Origin: Takakia lepidozioides
Lineage: Eukaryota > Plantae > Bryophyta
Reading direction: 5' to 3'
Assembly (NCBI GenBank): GCA_030704615.1
Contig: CM060731.1
Span: 12,772,001-12,836,000, forward strand
Length of the DNA stretch: 64,000 nucleotides
Under the pieces are notes generated by a model. It saw only the letters and a list, made by a program, of their open reading frames with translations. It searched no databases and was not told the origin of the DNA. The translations under genes were made by a program, and so were the position numbers. Positions within the stretch are counted from its first letter, which is position 1. Every line of letters begins with the position of its first letter. This document shows positions 38,517-52,848 of this stretch, piece after piece.

Positions 38517-41128
38517 CTAACCCATCTTAACCTGCTGCCGTTGCCTCAAATTGCCTTCCACACTGTCTGAATCATCGGAGGCGAAGTCCTGCATCTTCAA
38601 ACTAACCCTCTCGGCCATAGTACCATTGTTCCCTTTCTGCTCGCCTGCATTCACTAGCCCCTGCAACGAGTTCATCATTGTAGGGAGCAGCTTGGATGAG
38701 ATAGATAGGATCCCTGGTAAGAATCCGAGCCGGAATTCGTGGGCTATGTCCAGCTGCACCCACACCGCCTTGCCCACCAAATAGGCTACGAACAGAACCG
38801 CAATGTACAGGGGATTCCGGAGAAGAGCCATGAGCTCATTGAATCCAAGAAAAGTCATTGCGACAATTGTCCAAAGGGGAGGCAGCCATGAATCGCCGTG
38901 CTTGCTTGCTTCTTGAGCTGAGAGCGCCTGGCTAATGGTGTACTCTGTCTCTGCTTTGAATTGTCTCCAAATAGTCCGGCATTGTCCTGGGGTAAGCAAT
39001 GTGTCTCTAGGGTCACCCGGCCATGAACTGGCAACCAGCGCATTCGATCCTGCAGCAGCAGCTCCCTTATTATCTGAGGTCGAGGTCTTGGTAGCTGAGG
39101 CAGATTTAGATGTGTCTTGAGAGTCCCCTAGCAAAGACATGAGAGCAGATTCGATGTCATCATGTTCAGATGTCTGTGGCTCCAACCGAAGAGCTGCCAG
39201 AACAGAAAGCAACTTCAATGCTGCGATGCGTGCATCTCGGGTAATGGTGCGAACGTCGTGCTCCTTCCCCCATACTCTGGGCAAGGAGTCCGGTTCATGT
39301 CCAAAAACATTGTTGAACCGATCTTTCATTCTGATTAGGACCTGCGAAGCTTCCTCCTTGGATTTCTTCACCACTATGCTCCGAGCAAATACCGATAGAG
39401 CCGACAGCGTGTCTGCTTCCTCTTCCTCAGTGAGCTCAAATCCAGCCATCGCATCCGACAGGGATGAGGTGACAGCTTGCACATCACGCTCCAACAAGTT
39501 TCTAATGGATGGCCATGTGTGTGGAGACGCCGCATCTAAGAGGGAAGCAACTGGCTCAGCAATTGCGGCTTCCACTTTCTTCTCAAATACAGCTGTAAGT
39601 TCTCCAAGTTTCGCCGCACGAACAGCTTGGGCATGCATATTAATGTCACGGAGAAGTTTCTCTCGGGTCTTGGATGAATCCCATTCCGTTTGGGTGACAC
39701 TCGCATCTGCATTAGCATTCAGCAGAAACGTCATTTTTCATGCACGGATCGCAAGGAGCAAGATTTAACAATCATGGAAGTTTCGTAGTAACAGAACTGA
39801 TCCTGTTATTGTGTAACCTGTTGACTGAACCTCGAGAAAAGTTGATCAGGCTTGCAAATTCTACCTGCAACATTGTGATCAAATTCCGTCATGGCCATCT
39901 CGGAACACTGGCGCACTAGAGCTCCAAAGCCTTGATTCGGAGGAGGAGAGTTCGCCGCTGTTTCCAGATCATGCTTGAATTTATCCAAAGCCTTGACTCT
40001 ATGATGTCCTAGCACACTTTCGTAGGATGGTCGTACTACTTCAAGGGCTTCAGTGAGCAAATTATTTCGTTTTGTTTCCCTCACCCCTTCCTCGAAGAAT
40101 GCTGCCTCCTCATCATACTCGGATAAGTGCTTCTCCAAGAGCGCGCTTGCCTTCTTCCCAAAGTTCGTGGCGGTCCCTCCCTTTGCACTCTCCTCAAGCT
40201 TGCGCCATTTCTCATCAGCAGTCAAATCTCGAAGCGTCTCATGTGCAATTTCTTCACACCTCACAGTTGCCACCATTACTTTGTGAGCTGGCAAATCCAG
40301 ATCTTTGTTCTCCTTGATAATTTCCCAGATCTGCTGTGTGCTCAAAGGGAATCCCGTGCCCGGAACGACTGCCCTTCGATCTCCAGCCAACCCGCCGGGA
40401 GCCACAGAATTGTTGAAACGCTTTCGAAGCTCCGCCACCTCCTGCTTGAACTGGTCTTCCTTATCCTCATAATTTGACAGAGCTGTCACTTCCAAGTTGA
40501 AGCATTCACTCAAAGGAGTCTCTCTGAATTTTTCGGGCTTTGGCACGCTGTCCCAGATCTTTTGAATATCCTCACGAAGAATTGGCTCCAATATCTCCAA
40601 CGGTGCGCGTGTCTTATCGCGGATGACAACCATTAGAGTAGTTTTGCGAGGTGTGAAGAGACGCATCATCACCTGGAAAACAGTCTTGAGCAGGGGTTTG
40701 TTGGAGGCCTGCTCACGGCCAATGTCATGGCACCACATATTGATCAACACAATGTCAGCCACAGCCAATGCAAACAGTGCGCTTTGCTTCTCAAAGGCCG
40801 TATCGTCCTCCCCTCTCTCACGACCATCAGTGCCTTCCAAATCCATGACGAGAGTGCAAGGATCCAAGCCCTCTCCTCGCTGCAGCCAAATTCCCTTGGT
40901 TGTCTGGTTCCTGCCTTTATATGCATCCATTTCCGCGAACTTCGTGTGGAAGAGATGGTTCAAGAGAGTGCTCTTCCCACTACTTTGCGGTCCCATAATT
41001 GCTACCACTGCGTATGACAACCCGCACTCACTGAGCCTGACACTCTTCACAAAGGATTCCAATGCTGGCATATCAAAATTGCCTTTATTGTCCACCAGCT
41101 GTATTGCTGGTGCTCCAGGCTGCGCCAT
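38517..41128 (-). CDS. RHD3: ROOT HAIR DEFECTIVE 3 / SEY1 atlastin-like GTPase; exons 41128-39865 and 39706-38517
   Basis: [51 protein letters not shown], and two C-terminal TM segments. One 158-bp GT-AG intron. Confidence 0.95.
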
Positions 41129-42555
41129 AGCGCCCTCTTCAAATCTTAACGCCTATACTGTCGCCGATTTGACTGTAGTTGATGGAGAGGGAGGCACTGA
41201 CAGACAAAGCGAAACACAGAGGCTCCTGGATAACACCAAACTTTGATTTCTTACTTCCTCACATAGCTAGCTCGCTCCACACCAAAATTTCATACATACA
41301 CACACACATAAGCGATTTGAAATAAAGATATGAAATGAAATTATACTTTATAACGTCCGCGAGAAGCTCAAAGATCAGATTATGGGACAAGAGGAAGAAA
41401 TACACAAGAAAGACAGTGGCTCAGGCCCTGAGGACCAGGGGACACGGAAGAAAATAGAAGCAGAAGGATAACCTAGGCCTCTCTGAATGCCTCTCAATGC
41501 TTCACCGCATGATCTGTCCTTTTCAGAATGAGAGAAATTGAAAGCGACGAATCGACAACTAGGCTACTGTGCTAACTAGTGCTCGACACGTAAACAGCAA
41601 AACTGATTACTCACAGTCGACACAGCTTCGAATTCCTCGTAATCTCTTCTTCCTCCCAAAACAGTTAACCAGAAGATTTGACTGTGATGCATTCGCAGAA
41701 AGAAGCAGTCCAACTTAACGAAAAGTCGAGGACGAGGAGCATTTGAATCCCTCTTTCACTCTGGACACGTCCGACGGGGGCGGATGCCATCGTTTTCTCT
41801 TCCAGTTTGCGTTTACCGACGCCACGCCTCGTACTTGGATGGTACATATTTTGTTCCCTAGATTTGCCTGGCAGTGTGGAGGCAGATGATTGGCAGTCAT
41901 CACCCTCGGAAGCCTGGAGACAGGTGTACAAGGTGCGAGACGACAGCAGGCAGCGTGCGAGACAGCGGCGAGGCCTGCTTGTGCAACACCTGGAGCACAT
42001 CCACTGACTCGTCCGTTGCGCTTCACATCTGTGCGTCATGTTTGGGCCCATTAGACCTGCTCACAACTCACACCTCAAAAATGGCATAAACAAATGCATG
42101 TAATCCATGCAAGCCCTGCCATATACTTAGCTTGTGACTTGTGACGCAACTCCTGCTTGTTGAGTTGAAGTTATGGAGCCTTCTTGTTCTTTCAAATCGC
42201 TTAATGCAGAAATGGCCCCAAAAACAGTACCTTCATCATTTTTCTCTTTATCTTTATCTTTATCTTTTTTCTCAGTTTTTTTCACTTCTTTTCCTGCCCT
42301 CTTTACTATGAGATCTGCGGGAGATTACTGTCCTCACTGTATCCAACCCAATTCATTTGGGGAGTTTGGGAAGGTCTGAAAATCGGACAAGGTGGGAACA
42401 GCCAATCGCGTGGGGTGGTGGAATGTTGGAGAGGAAGGAAGTGGCTCGACTGGATGTAGACACTTGTATTGCTATACATATATATAGACGCCTCCCCCAA
42501 GGGAGCGTAAATTATGGTGTCTCTTCACCACAAGGGCTACTGCCTTCCAACTGAG

Positions 42556-42653
42556 AGGTGGACACCTTCATGACACACCAGGCCATGGTTTGAACCCACA
42601 ACCACATCCAACATGGTATGTGCCCAGTACCACTGGGCTACATGCTGGTTGTC
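42556..42653 (-). mobile_element. tRNA-derived SINE head, copy a
   Basis: A-box TAGCCCAGTGG and B-box GGTTCAAACC on the minus strand. Direct repeat of 42920-43017. Confidence 0.6.
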
Positions 42654-42919
42654 CACCTGTATTGTTAGGCTAGCGTAGAAGTCTTCCAGTACGACGATCA
42701 GAAATTTCAGTGAGAGCAAAATAGGAAATACAAGTCATTGTCTTCCTTGGGGACTAGAGAGAATATGGGCCTGCGATGGGTACTCACTACTCACATGCAT
42801 TAAACTATTCATGCAGGGCATTCATGGGTGTGGATGAAATACTCCCATTATCCTGGTAAATTTTATTAAATTGGTAAGGATTTTTTTTATTTTTTATTTT
42901 TTAACCTCTTATAACAGGA

Positions 42920-43017
42920 AGGTGGACACCTTCATGACACACCAGACGGTGGTTTGAACCCACAACCACATCCAACGTGGTATGTGCCCATTACCACTGG
43001 GCTACATGCTGGTTGTC
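42920..43017 (-). mobile_element. tRNA-derived SINE head, copy b
   Basis: About 98-bp near-identical copy of 42556-42653. Confidence 0.6.
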
Positions 43018-46000
43018 AAGACTTTTCATAACCACTAGAGTTTCAATTACTTTATCCTTCCAATAATTCCAAGTAATTTTTCTCCTTTTTTTTAGAGAAT
43101 ATAAACACATTCACAATTAAACCATTTAACAAGTGACCATATTTATGATTTGTATTTCCATTTTCAAACATATTACCCATGTCATTATGGATAGTGCTCA
43201 TGCAGGCTTCTCTTCTTGTACTAACACCAACTCCATTGCCCCGGTTATTAAGCAGATGTACCATTCCAAACGGAAGGAGTAGTCCCTTGGGGATGAGCAA
43301 TAACCCAACCTCCCCCAGGATTCAAGGTATTGGTTCACATTTTATAGGAAAAACAATAGGAATAATGTAGATTTTAATTCAGATAGGTGGCTCCTCCAGC
43401 AGGGCTATCAGCAAGTCCTCCCCACACACTCTTACCTTGGAATCACTATAAAATTGTAGTGATGACTGAAAAACTAGTTGTAGTGCAAAGCGGGAATAGG
43501 GTGCCATAGTGCGATATCCTCTTCAGCCACGTCATCATCACTCTTTTGGGGCTGCCCAAATTGCCAAGAAATTTTTATAAAACCGAATTGTTTTAAAAAA
43601 AATCATTTTTATCAATCATCGGTAGCCTCCGCCACATTATCACCATCTTTTTCCGAAGCTGCCTGAATTTCGAAAAAAGAAAAGAGAAAATTGAATCATC
43701 TCAAAAGATTATTTTTGTCAAATCTGTTCTAATACTGCTCTCTAATTTTACTTTATTATCGGCAGGGAAATTATAAGGCGACAGTGGCAGGGGATTACTT
43801 GTCCAATGTTAGAAGCATATCATACATGTTTGATGCCAGGCATTATACTTCCTTGAAAATAAATCTCCCACCCTCAGTCCCCGCCATTTTGTTCCAATCC
43901 TTCTCTCCTTCCCACTACAACATGGGGTTGTGCTCTTTCTCTCCTGCCCACTACAACATACGGCTATGCTCTAGTCGCGGGAACCCCTTGTGTACCATCG
44001 CCAGCAAGTCTTGCAATTGCACCAACATCTAATACAACCTGCTCTAGTCGGAGCCCCTTCTATACCACCATCTGCAGTTATTATACAATAGAGCAGTTTT
44101 ACACAACACCATAGCAAAAACAAAGCCACGATAAGTCCAAGTACAACAAATGGAGAGTCTATCAGGTGACCAGTTCTATCCCGAGGCTCCATTAGTGGAA
44201 GCGTCTTCACTATGCTTATGAATTCGTGCCTCTCAACTTCTAGGTTGAACCAGCCCAAGTCTGGAGTTCTAAGTGTGCTCACAGTGGCATGCACTACTTG
44301 AAGCCAATCTATTTAAGCACAAGTACGTGACCCAAAAGCTTATATTGCACGAGGGAGACGAGAGAGATGTGAGAGATGTAAACATGTTGTCTTTGAGACC
44401 ACTTGAGTAGTGTACATGTATGTTCAAAAGTAGTCCACTTTTTCTTCTACTTTTCTCTTAACTTGGGTTACTTATCATAGACGACTTTTGATTTCCAGAA
44501 AAAACCAGTCGGTTGGAAAAGTAGCGAATGTCTCGGGCAACTGTTGATGAGCCTCGCGCAAGTGAGTCGCAAGTTTTTGCCGAAGTCCACGCCTTCTAGG
44601 CTGGACGTGAAAAGATATGATGATGTCTTAGGCAGGAGTAACTCGTGGCCACAAAATGAAAGCAAGGGAGGTGCTGTGGGAATAGGATCCCGACGGCTTG
44701 GAGCTTGTAGAAACGAAGAGAGGTCATAGCTGCACAGGGATTGATGGTGAGTATCAACTTTCATACCGAAACCCAAGTCGAAAAGAGGCCGCCACCAACT
44801 AGATGCATGAAGTAGACATCACAAATGAGCAACCACAATTTTTAAATGACCCCTTTGAAGAGCTGTCAAAAGGTTGATTGAACGAGCTACGGAATTAGGG
44901 CAAGATGTGGCTCGAAACAAGCAAAGCCTGAAGATGCAGTAGCAGCTGCCATGCAGCAGTGGGCAGGACGTGAAGAAACTGAATGACCTCATCTAATAAG
45001 AGGACTCTTAATAAAACAAAATAATAGAGCATATTTTAGTAAGTGTTTAAAGAAAAATATTTTAATGAAGGAAAAACAAAATAAATTACTTATGATTTAA
45101 CATGAAGAATTATTTAAATGCGAGTCATGCGTAAACCGCTACAACACTTCTAAGAAATTTCGGTTTTGTGGTTAACACGTTTCAATTTACATATTATAAT
45201 ATTATATATACATATACTATCAATATGATAATGCTACAGTGCCAAAATTTCTCCAGGGTCCTAACGAAAAAAAAGAGAAAAAAAAGAAAACTTTAGCCTA
45301 TTTCTTGTACAATTTATAGAATATGTCACATCAATAAAGTTGTGCAGAGACCGATAAGGCAATGGTAACCATATGATGTAGAGTTCCATTCTTGATGGAT
45401 GTGAGTAACCTCAATCCCAGTATACCTTCTCTTCTCTCTCCTACATCTCTTATACTAAATCAAATTTTGACCTGGTCAAATTACATGACACCAAATGGGA
45501 GTAGCGCCAGAGGGACATTCACTTCCATGCCAACCCGGTTTGGAGTGTCACCTCAATATCACTCCAGTTGCTGTTTCCCCATTCGGCGATCCATGTCACT
45601 CTCAAAGATGTGACTAGCCGGTTTCAGTACCCTAACCACAGCCAGGACCCCTCCTAGATTAAATGAAATGAAATTGTACTTTATGGATTAAAGAAAGGTC
45701 TTGTCTAAAATTTAACTAGTATTTGACAATCATTTTTGGACCACCAAAGCCACTACTGTCGCCCAAAACTGCTAGACCTTACAATTCCGGTATGCTCAGT
45801 ACATGGGAACCCAACATAAACACATCTTTTGGTCCTGTCTATATCCCTCACCATCCACTCCTAAGATGCAATTAATAGGCTTGGAACCAGCTCTGGGTCT
45901 GTGGCCACAAGGCATGAGATAACTAACAAGTAGAGTCTGAACTTCAACCCCATTCTTGCCAGTCACCGTGCAATGTATAGGTATAGCATCATCGTTTCTC

Positions 46001-46120
46001 TCACACACACACATGTAGGCGCATCTGTTCCTTGTGTTACCAGCAGTAGATCTCCATCTTGGGGTGTTGATGATATGGTCAAGGGGCCCCACATTTATGA
46101 AGGACCTCAAAAATTTCCAC

Positions 46121-49100
46121 CTAGTTGCTTAGCTTTCCCCAAGCATTGTGCTTTCTTCGTACACCACCACTGGCGCATACTGCAAGCACCAAAACACGAA
46201 ACAGGGGCTTCTTAGCATATGTAACGAAATCCCCAAGAAATGGACATCAACTGATGTAACCCTTTCCCACATAATACATTTTCATATGATGATTCCATGT
46301 AAGCCTACCTAAAGGCCCCAGCTCTTTAGGTCATTAGACACCCAGCATGTGTATGTACTAAGTTACACAACACTCTTTTCTCATGTGTGGGGATGAATAC
46401 ATGTACAGTGCATGACAGGAGTACGTTGTGGTTATGTTAACCTCATCATCCATTTCGATTGACACAACATTGTCTAGATTCCAGCCCATGCGAGTCTCCA
46501 CCAACTTCTTCAATCTCTTTGCCTGCACATCATTCAAACATCTTCTAGTAGAGTGTGTGAACCCTCCTCAGAAACAGGAGACAAGAAAAAAAGGGTGGTG
46601 AAGAGGAGCAAGAGAAGTGTTTTCCAAAGAGCTAAGATATTCACATACCTGGCGTAAAAGTTCGCCATCAATCGGTTGTGCATCTTTGATCAATGCAAAA
46701 AAATCCTGTCCCAACAAGACACCCAGTTTCTTAGCCTTGATTCTGAAAATCCATGTAACACTACGTTGCTTTTGGCAATCGAATTCATAGCAACAAAGGA
46801 CATCCTCTGAATGATTTTATACTTAGAATCCTTTGAAAATAATCCGTGACAAGATTGTCATTACTGTGCTTGTGGATACGACTGTCGTCTATCACCCCAC
46901 AAATGCATGGAATTTGTCGAACTCAAGAAGAACCAGTAAAAGTGGTGCAATTTCTCTTTTCGCTCAATGTGATCTGAACTCTAAGGTACAGATTTTCTTC
47001 AACTTTTTGGCACTGATACTATGGGGAGAGTCTACCTTAAAAAGAAACCGCAAAAAGTTGTCTTCGCAGAACCATGAATCATCCAGGACAGGGCCCTCCA
47101 TTATGGCTGTTCCGCCCGTTAAACTTTGTTTCAGTTGCCAGTATACTACCTCCAAGAACTGGTACACACCCACAGCACATGGACGAGAGAAAACAATGGG
47201 ACTGAGACAGAAACAAAGCAGAAATACCGTGGCCATCCTATCCACCTTCTTTTCCTATTCAATCTCTACACTGCTGTACTGATCACTTACAGTCATAGTC
47301 ATTTTCTTTCTTTCTCGTCCTACCGTCTCCTCAAGAACTTTCCACATTTTCTGGCTCCATTGTGAGCTGGCCAGCCAAGGGGTCTATGGCCACAAGACTA
47401 CGACAAATAGACTGATAAATTTATCTCCAACAGTAGAGCACAAAAGCAATGAAACAATGGTGACGACATCAAATCAGGGTTACCCTTTCATGAATCCTAG
47501 AGGCAGCCTCATATATAGGCTTGTGGACTCCACACAGCTCAGTTTCATACAGGAATGACATCATATTCAAACCAAAGTAGTACCTTTATAAAAAGTTGGG
47601 TATGTGAATGCAGTGGCTGCAGACATCCAACACAATTGCAGTCAGTGGGCATGCTCAGACCCAAACATCTGCAACCTGTAGCTCAGATGTAATCAATTAA
47701 TTAAAATGTTTGCTAATCATTCAAACCCAGAAAACAATCACTGCTTCTGGGTTTCTCCCTCACGCGAAGGACAGCCATGCAGCACAACAGGAATACAACC
47801 AAAAGAACCAAGAAGAGTACTTGCAAATCTTGTAGACAGATACATCCAACCTGTACAATAGAATAGACAGGAATGACTGTTTCTAAACCAATAAGTCAGC
47901 ACTCATTCACGAGGGGATGCAATTGTCCCAACCTGCATGGGTTCTCGATACGTATTGATACATTGGCAGGAAACATAAAATTTTAAACACAACTTATCAT
48001 GAGAAATAACTTTTCAGACGTATCAGGTTCATGTTTAAAACACAGGATACAGTATGCAAAGAGTGAAATCAACAGGACAATAGCAAGCCTACAAAACAAA
48101 TAGATTGTACTCATAAGACGTTGTTTGCCGTAGCCTTGTGGCCATTGACCCCGCGCCCAGTTTGAGCGGGAACAAAAGGGACAGAACCTACCTCTGTCAG
48201 GGGCTGATGTTGGTAGTAAGACTTACCTCCATATATAGAATTAATCCGGGTTTTCCAGATATCCTCTAGAAATCCCTTCACACAAGCATCAATCTGCTGT
48301 GTGTGATTTGCCCAAAAACTAGGCCTCAGGAGGGCCTGGGCTTTTGGCTCAGCCTCAAGACAAAACAAATAGAGACATCCCTTAACACATGGCAAGAAAC
48401 GTCCATGTGCCATGGGGATTGTAAAGAACAGGCTGCAGGAAATACTCACAGCATCTTCACAACTTAACAAGAGGCTCACAATTGCCTTCCACTGTCCAAA
48501 TGCTTGGAGTGACTGCCCCATCTGCCACAGCCCTAAGAGAACTATCAAACTTCAATACCTCAACTCATAACGTGGTGGTGTCATTTGGGTACAACAAACT
48601 CTGGTGATAGATTGCTGTAACCACTTCCTGCCTGATTTCAAACCTGCAGAAGACACTGAGAGTGCAAAACCTGATCCATACCTGACTCAAAGGTGTCCTA
48701 GAATCCTAAATCTGGCAAGCATGGTTCCCCCACTACACCATCAAACCACTGAAAATCTGAATGGGGTTACGAGTTACAACTTCAGCCAGTAGCAATGAAA
48801 CTCAGTCTTGCAGATGGCATGGTTGGCTGAGCAAGACCTATGGACTTGGTAGGGGATCAGTGGATATACACTACTAATGTACAGATATGATTTAATGTCT
48901 TCTGTTTGGTATAGTGCTAGTGAAAGAGTTGAAGCCAACCAAGAAGGCAATGAACGCAAATTGGAGCTCTCCAAGCAGCAGGTCTTCTGCTCCACCATAT
49001 GATCTTCTCAACACAGATTCCAACTGTTTGCTCTACATCCAGAGGAAAAACAAGACGTTCAAGCTAATTCCCAACAGCCAGCGAATCTCTTTGCATGAAA

Positions 49101-52100
49101 AAACCAAACACCTCAACACGGTACCAAGTACCCCACATCCTTATCGCACAATCCAACGGGAGAGCAAGGTGTAAACAGACGGTTGAGGGCCATTTTGCAA
49201 ATGAAAGCTGCCACTTTTGGCTTTTCCAGAGCACGAATTGGAAAAAGAGGCATGTTAGAGTAAGGCTTACTTTGTCCATATTCAAAGCCGTTAACTCCGA
49301 CCCAACCATACCCACAGGCTTGATAAGGTGAGGCAGGCGTGTGTAAAAGCACCGGCCACTCAAGCTGACCTCCTCAGTCTGAGTGCTGGGAGAGGCCAAC
49401 ACCCTCTCTGCACTCAACTCTACCTCAACACTGCTATGCCTATTGCTAGATGTTTCTACTATTTGCGTCCTCTCTTGGAATGCAGCAAGGTTTGCAGCAA
49501 GTCTTCTCTCTGCAGGTGTCTCGTGGTGTGTCTCAGACATCGTTGTCTCTGCCATGATTGAGATGTCCCCTCCCAAGGGTTCTGCATCGGTAAGTGTCCA
49601 GAATGATGAGCTGACATATGAGACGGTAGGAGCCTTACTGCATTTCATCACCATGATCTTCGGAGGGACCTCATGCACAAATGTTACTACAATTCCTCTA
49701 TGAAAACAATTACATGCCTCCTATACTCCATCTAAGAGAAGAATTGCAGCGGTCCAGAGACTTCAGCAGATCATCATCAAACACCAATTTTTTTATTTGG
49801 GAATTCAGAAAAGCAAATATATTTTCTTGTCTAATTAAGGCATTGCTGAATGACCCTTGAACAGAAAGCAACCATGGCATGGGACATTACTGATGTGGAT
49901 TTCTGATCTTGAACTTCAAACAACCTTGCTAGCACAGAGAATCCAGAAAAGAAGAAGAGCCAACTTACGAAGGCGGTCAATAACTGCTGGGGTGAGGTAG
50001 TTAGACACATGCTGCCAGGTAGCATGGTGGGGTAGATTGTAGGGTGCCAGCTGGTGGTCAAACTCGAGTCTTGAGACTCCCTCTACATAACGTTGCTCCT
50101 GCAAAGCCACTTGGATAAGATTTGATACTCAGCAAAGGTGAAAGTAGCCATAGTATACTCCCACAGAGGTATCTCCTTCTGTATGTGAACTCGCCCCTCA
50201 ATGCCACTACAGTACAATTGAATATTGAACCCATGATATTGGTTCCAAAATGCAATCATTCCTCAACCCAGGGGGACTATATCCTAGGAGGTTAATAGCT
50301 CAAAGGCTGCTTTTCGAGCATGGAGGAGTACTTGTAAGGGCCAGTAAGACCTACTGCCTGACCATGTCATACCTCTGATAAATTGAATGACGGAATCAAC
50401 TTGGTTCTTCTAACATAATGTCTACACCAGCTCACACATACACTCAATCCCTGTAACCGGCTTTTTCATTGCTGGACAGGAGTGCAATGGCAATTTTGGG
50501 ATGAGGTTTATATCTCCTGGTGGCCCAAACCCTACAACTAGCTCATTAAGGATCTGTCACAAGCACTATTTGCAGGGAACAATGAATGAGAACATCAACT
50601 AACACACAAAATCAGACTGAGCCTTAGGAAGAGAAATCTCTCCTGGATTGTAACAAAGTACAATGAACTTAGACCTGAATTTGAGATACATTATAGAAGT
50701 ACACTCAAGAATAAGTTTGAAATGAAACACACATACCTCACTGCTATCCATAAGCTTGATAAGCCGCTCCTCTTCCAGGTCCCAGCACCTCACAATAACC
50801 TGCATTCAGACCTCAATTACTTTCATGCAAACAAAACCTTAATTTGTTGGTTTCACATGAGAAATCACCAAGGACAATGTAAGTCAAGGGAATAATCAAC
50901 GTAAAAACCTCTTTCCTCACCCTCCCAGGCTGCTTTTCCCAGCTGATTCCAAGAAAGTAGTCATTTGCTCTTACTCATAACGGATTAGGCTGATACCCAT
51001 TGATGAGAATTTGAAAGGCATCAGTTGATGGTGTTACGGACCTGAGAAGGTTCCATGTGTAGAAAGAAGCCTGTAATTGGAGATGTATCGTTTTCATGCC
51101 TGTCACTCACTATTCATTGAATCACCAAATGTATATGTATATGACCCCAAAATGCAACAGCAAGCCTAGTCCAATCAGGATATCCTTTCTCTACGCATGC
51201 AAGAACAGCAGAATTTAAGATGATCAATCAAGATGAAAAGAAGTGATATACTGTAATATGCACCCCCTCTCTTTCTTGTTTACAGGAAATGCACTCAATT
51301 TGATATGACAAAAACCGCTTTCTCTTCCTAACAACTGTACAAAAATTTAACAAGACTTCCTCAAGAATGTCACAAAGTCACACATTGGGAATAATGAGAA
51401 GAGAATACGAGGTGAAACCATAGATTAAATTATGTGAAAATGAAGCTTGAATGACAGATCCGTCAAAAGTATTATGTGAACTTCCGAGAATGACCATGGT
51501 AAAGCATACAACTGGAACACAGACCTGCTGGTAGCACTGTAGTAAACAAAATGGGGTCCCGGAGGCAACATCTTCAGCCCCTTGAAGTTCGGCCCCACTA
51601 CAAACATCTACACCCAATCCCCTCCACCCTGCGTCAAACTCCAGAACTCGGCCTGGTGGAGCAACTCTTATGGTTCGCAATAACTGCAGTCTGATGGATA
51701 CTCCAAGAAAAAATTGTCAATCCCTGCATCTCACTTCAAGGGCTCAGAAGATAAAAGAGCTGCTCCGCATCCAGGATTACATTGTCAGGGATAAAATACA
51801 GGCTCCACTACAGGCTTCGTCGACTCTTATATCCAGAGCTGTGCGAGTGAGAAATTATTGGAGCCACTTTTATCCTAGCATTTGCCACAAGGAACTTGTA
51901 CTCGCAGATAATTCTTCAGTATCAACTCATCTAATGAGCAATCATCACATTGCAGGTGAAAGAAATACTGTTGCCTTGTAGACAGACCCAAAAACCCCTG
52001 CGAATCGAACCAACCAATTGATTGATCTCTACTCCACATGACTAGATAGAAAACTTCAGAGGAAAGAGGTAGAATGTTTCCAATTTAGCAGTCAGAGGTT

Positions 52101-52318
52101 TGCCAACCAAACTACGATGTGGGAACGTAACGCAGAATTGTGCACGAAATAGACGGAACTTTGTTTCAAGCATCTGGTTCGAAGAGGCCCACCTCCAAAT
52201 CGATTCCAACCGAGGTAGATGGCGGCACATCCAGCAGCAGCAGCGACCCTCCTGCCTTCACCAGCTTCAATGCCTGGTCCGGGTCGAGGCTCACATTGTA
52301 GGGCGCCTGCTCCTCCAT
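46121..52318 (-). CDS. AAR2: AAR2 (U5 snRNP/Prp8 assembly factor), ~13 exons
   Basis: GT-AG exons encode LLLLDVPP.TSVGID, FVVGPNFKGLKMLPPGPHFVYYS, VIVRCWDLEEERL, LEFDHQLAPY, LTALNMDK, LLGELQFAFIAFL|MGQSLQAFGQWK, DDSWFCEDNFL and DDE|YAPVVV. Confidence 0.92.
48115..48358 (-). mobile_element. LINE 3'-end fragment in an AAR2 intron
   Basis: The reverse complement matches 33521-33630 (EAEPKA...QQIDACVKG.LEDIWK). A similar tail motif lies at ~47370-47405. Confidence 0.7.
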
Positions 52319-52848
52319 CGACGACTGCACTCCAAATCAAGTAGGTAGGCCTAGCACAGAATTTCACACCTGCAACGAGAGTGAAATCGCTTGATCGCGA
52401 GTCACAACAAAGCTCGCAGGGTTTAAGCCCTCGGGCTCTCTGTAATGTAGCGCTTAACCCTAAACCCTAAGCCATGTCTAATTAGGGTTTATCTAAGAAC
52501 TCATTATCGATTACACATGTAAAGCAAAAGGCAACGCAGTGTCTAATTAGGTACATAATTAGATTTTAATATGAATCGATTATGTTTATGTTAATTAAAA
52601 TGGCTAGGGTTTGTATCCAGGCTCCTTCACGTTGCGAGTCTTGCCCTAACGTTCCTTAGAAGCTGTGCATTCGCTCTGCAATTCACAGTTGGTGCTTGAG
52701 GAATCCATGCTGCACCCGTTTCTCATCTCTCGCAGTTCGTGGAGTCGGAGTGGACGGGGTTTTGGTCCGAAATTTGAAGAAATCCTGCATAATTTGCCTC
52801 GCTGTTTGTGGTTGCGATTTGCTTCTGAGGTGCACCACAGAGATTAAC
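52319..52848. promoter_or_regulatory. Putative bidirectional promoter AAR2/PRP31 with telo-boxes
   Basis: AACCCTAAACCCTAA at 52456-52470, TTAGGGTTT at 52482-52490, TAGGGTTT at 52605-52612, and TGTCTAATTAGG twice. Confidence 0.6.

Noticed and set aside
39139-41246. Long plus-strand ORFs (209 aa and 207 aa)
   Set aside because: They are antisense shadows of RHD3.
42556-43017. tRNA genes
   Set aside because: A and B boxes are present but no convincing cloverleaf forms, so they are treated as SINE heads.
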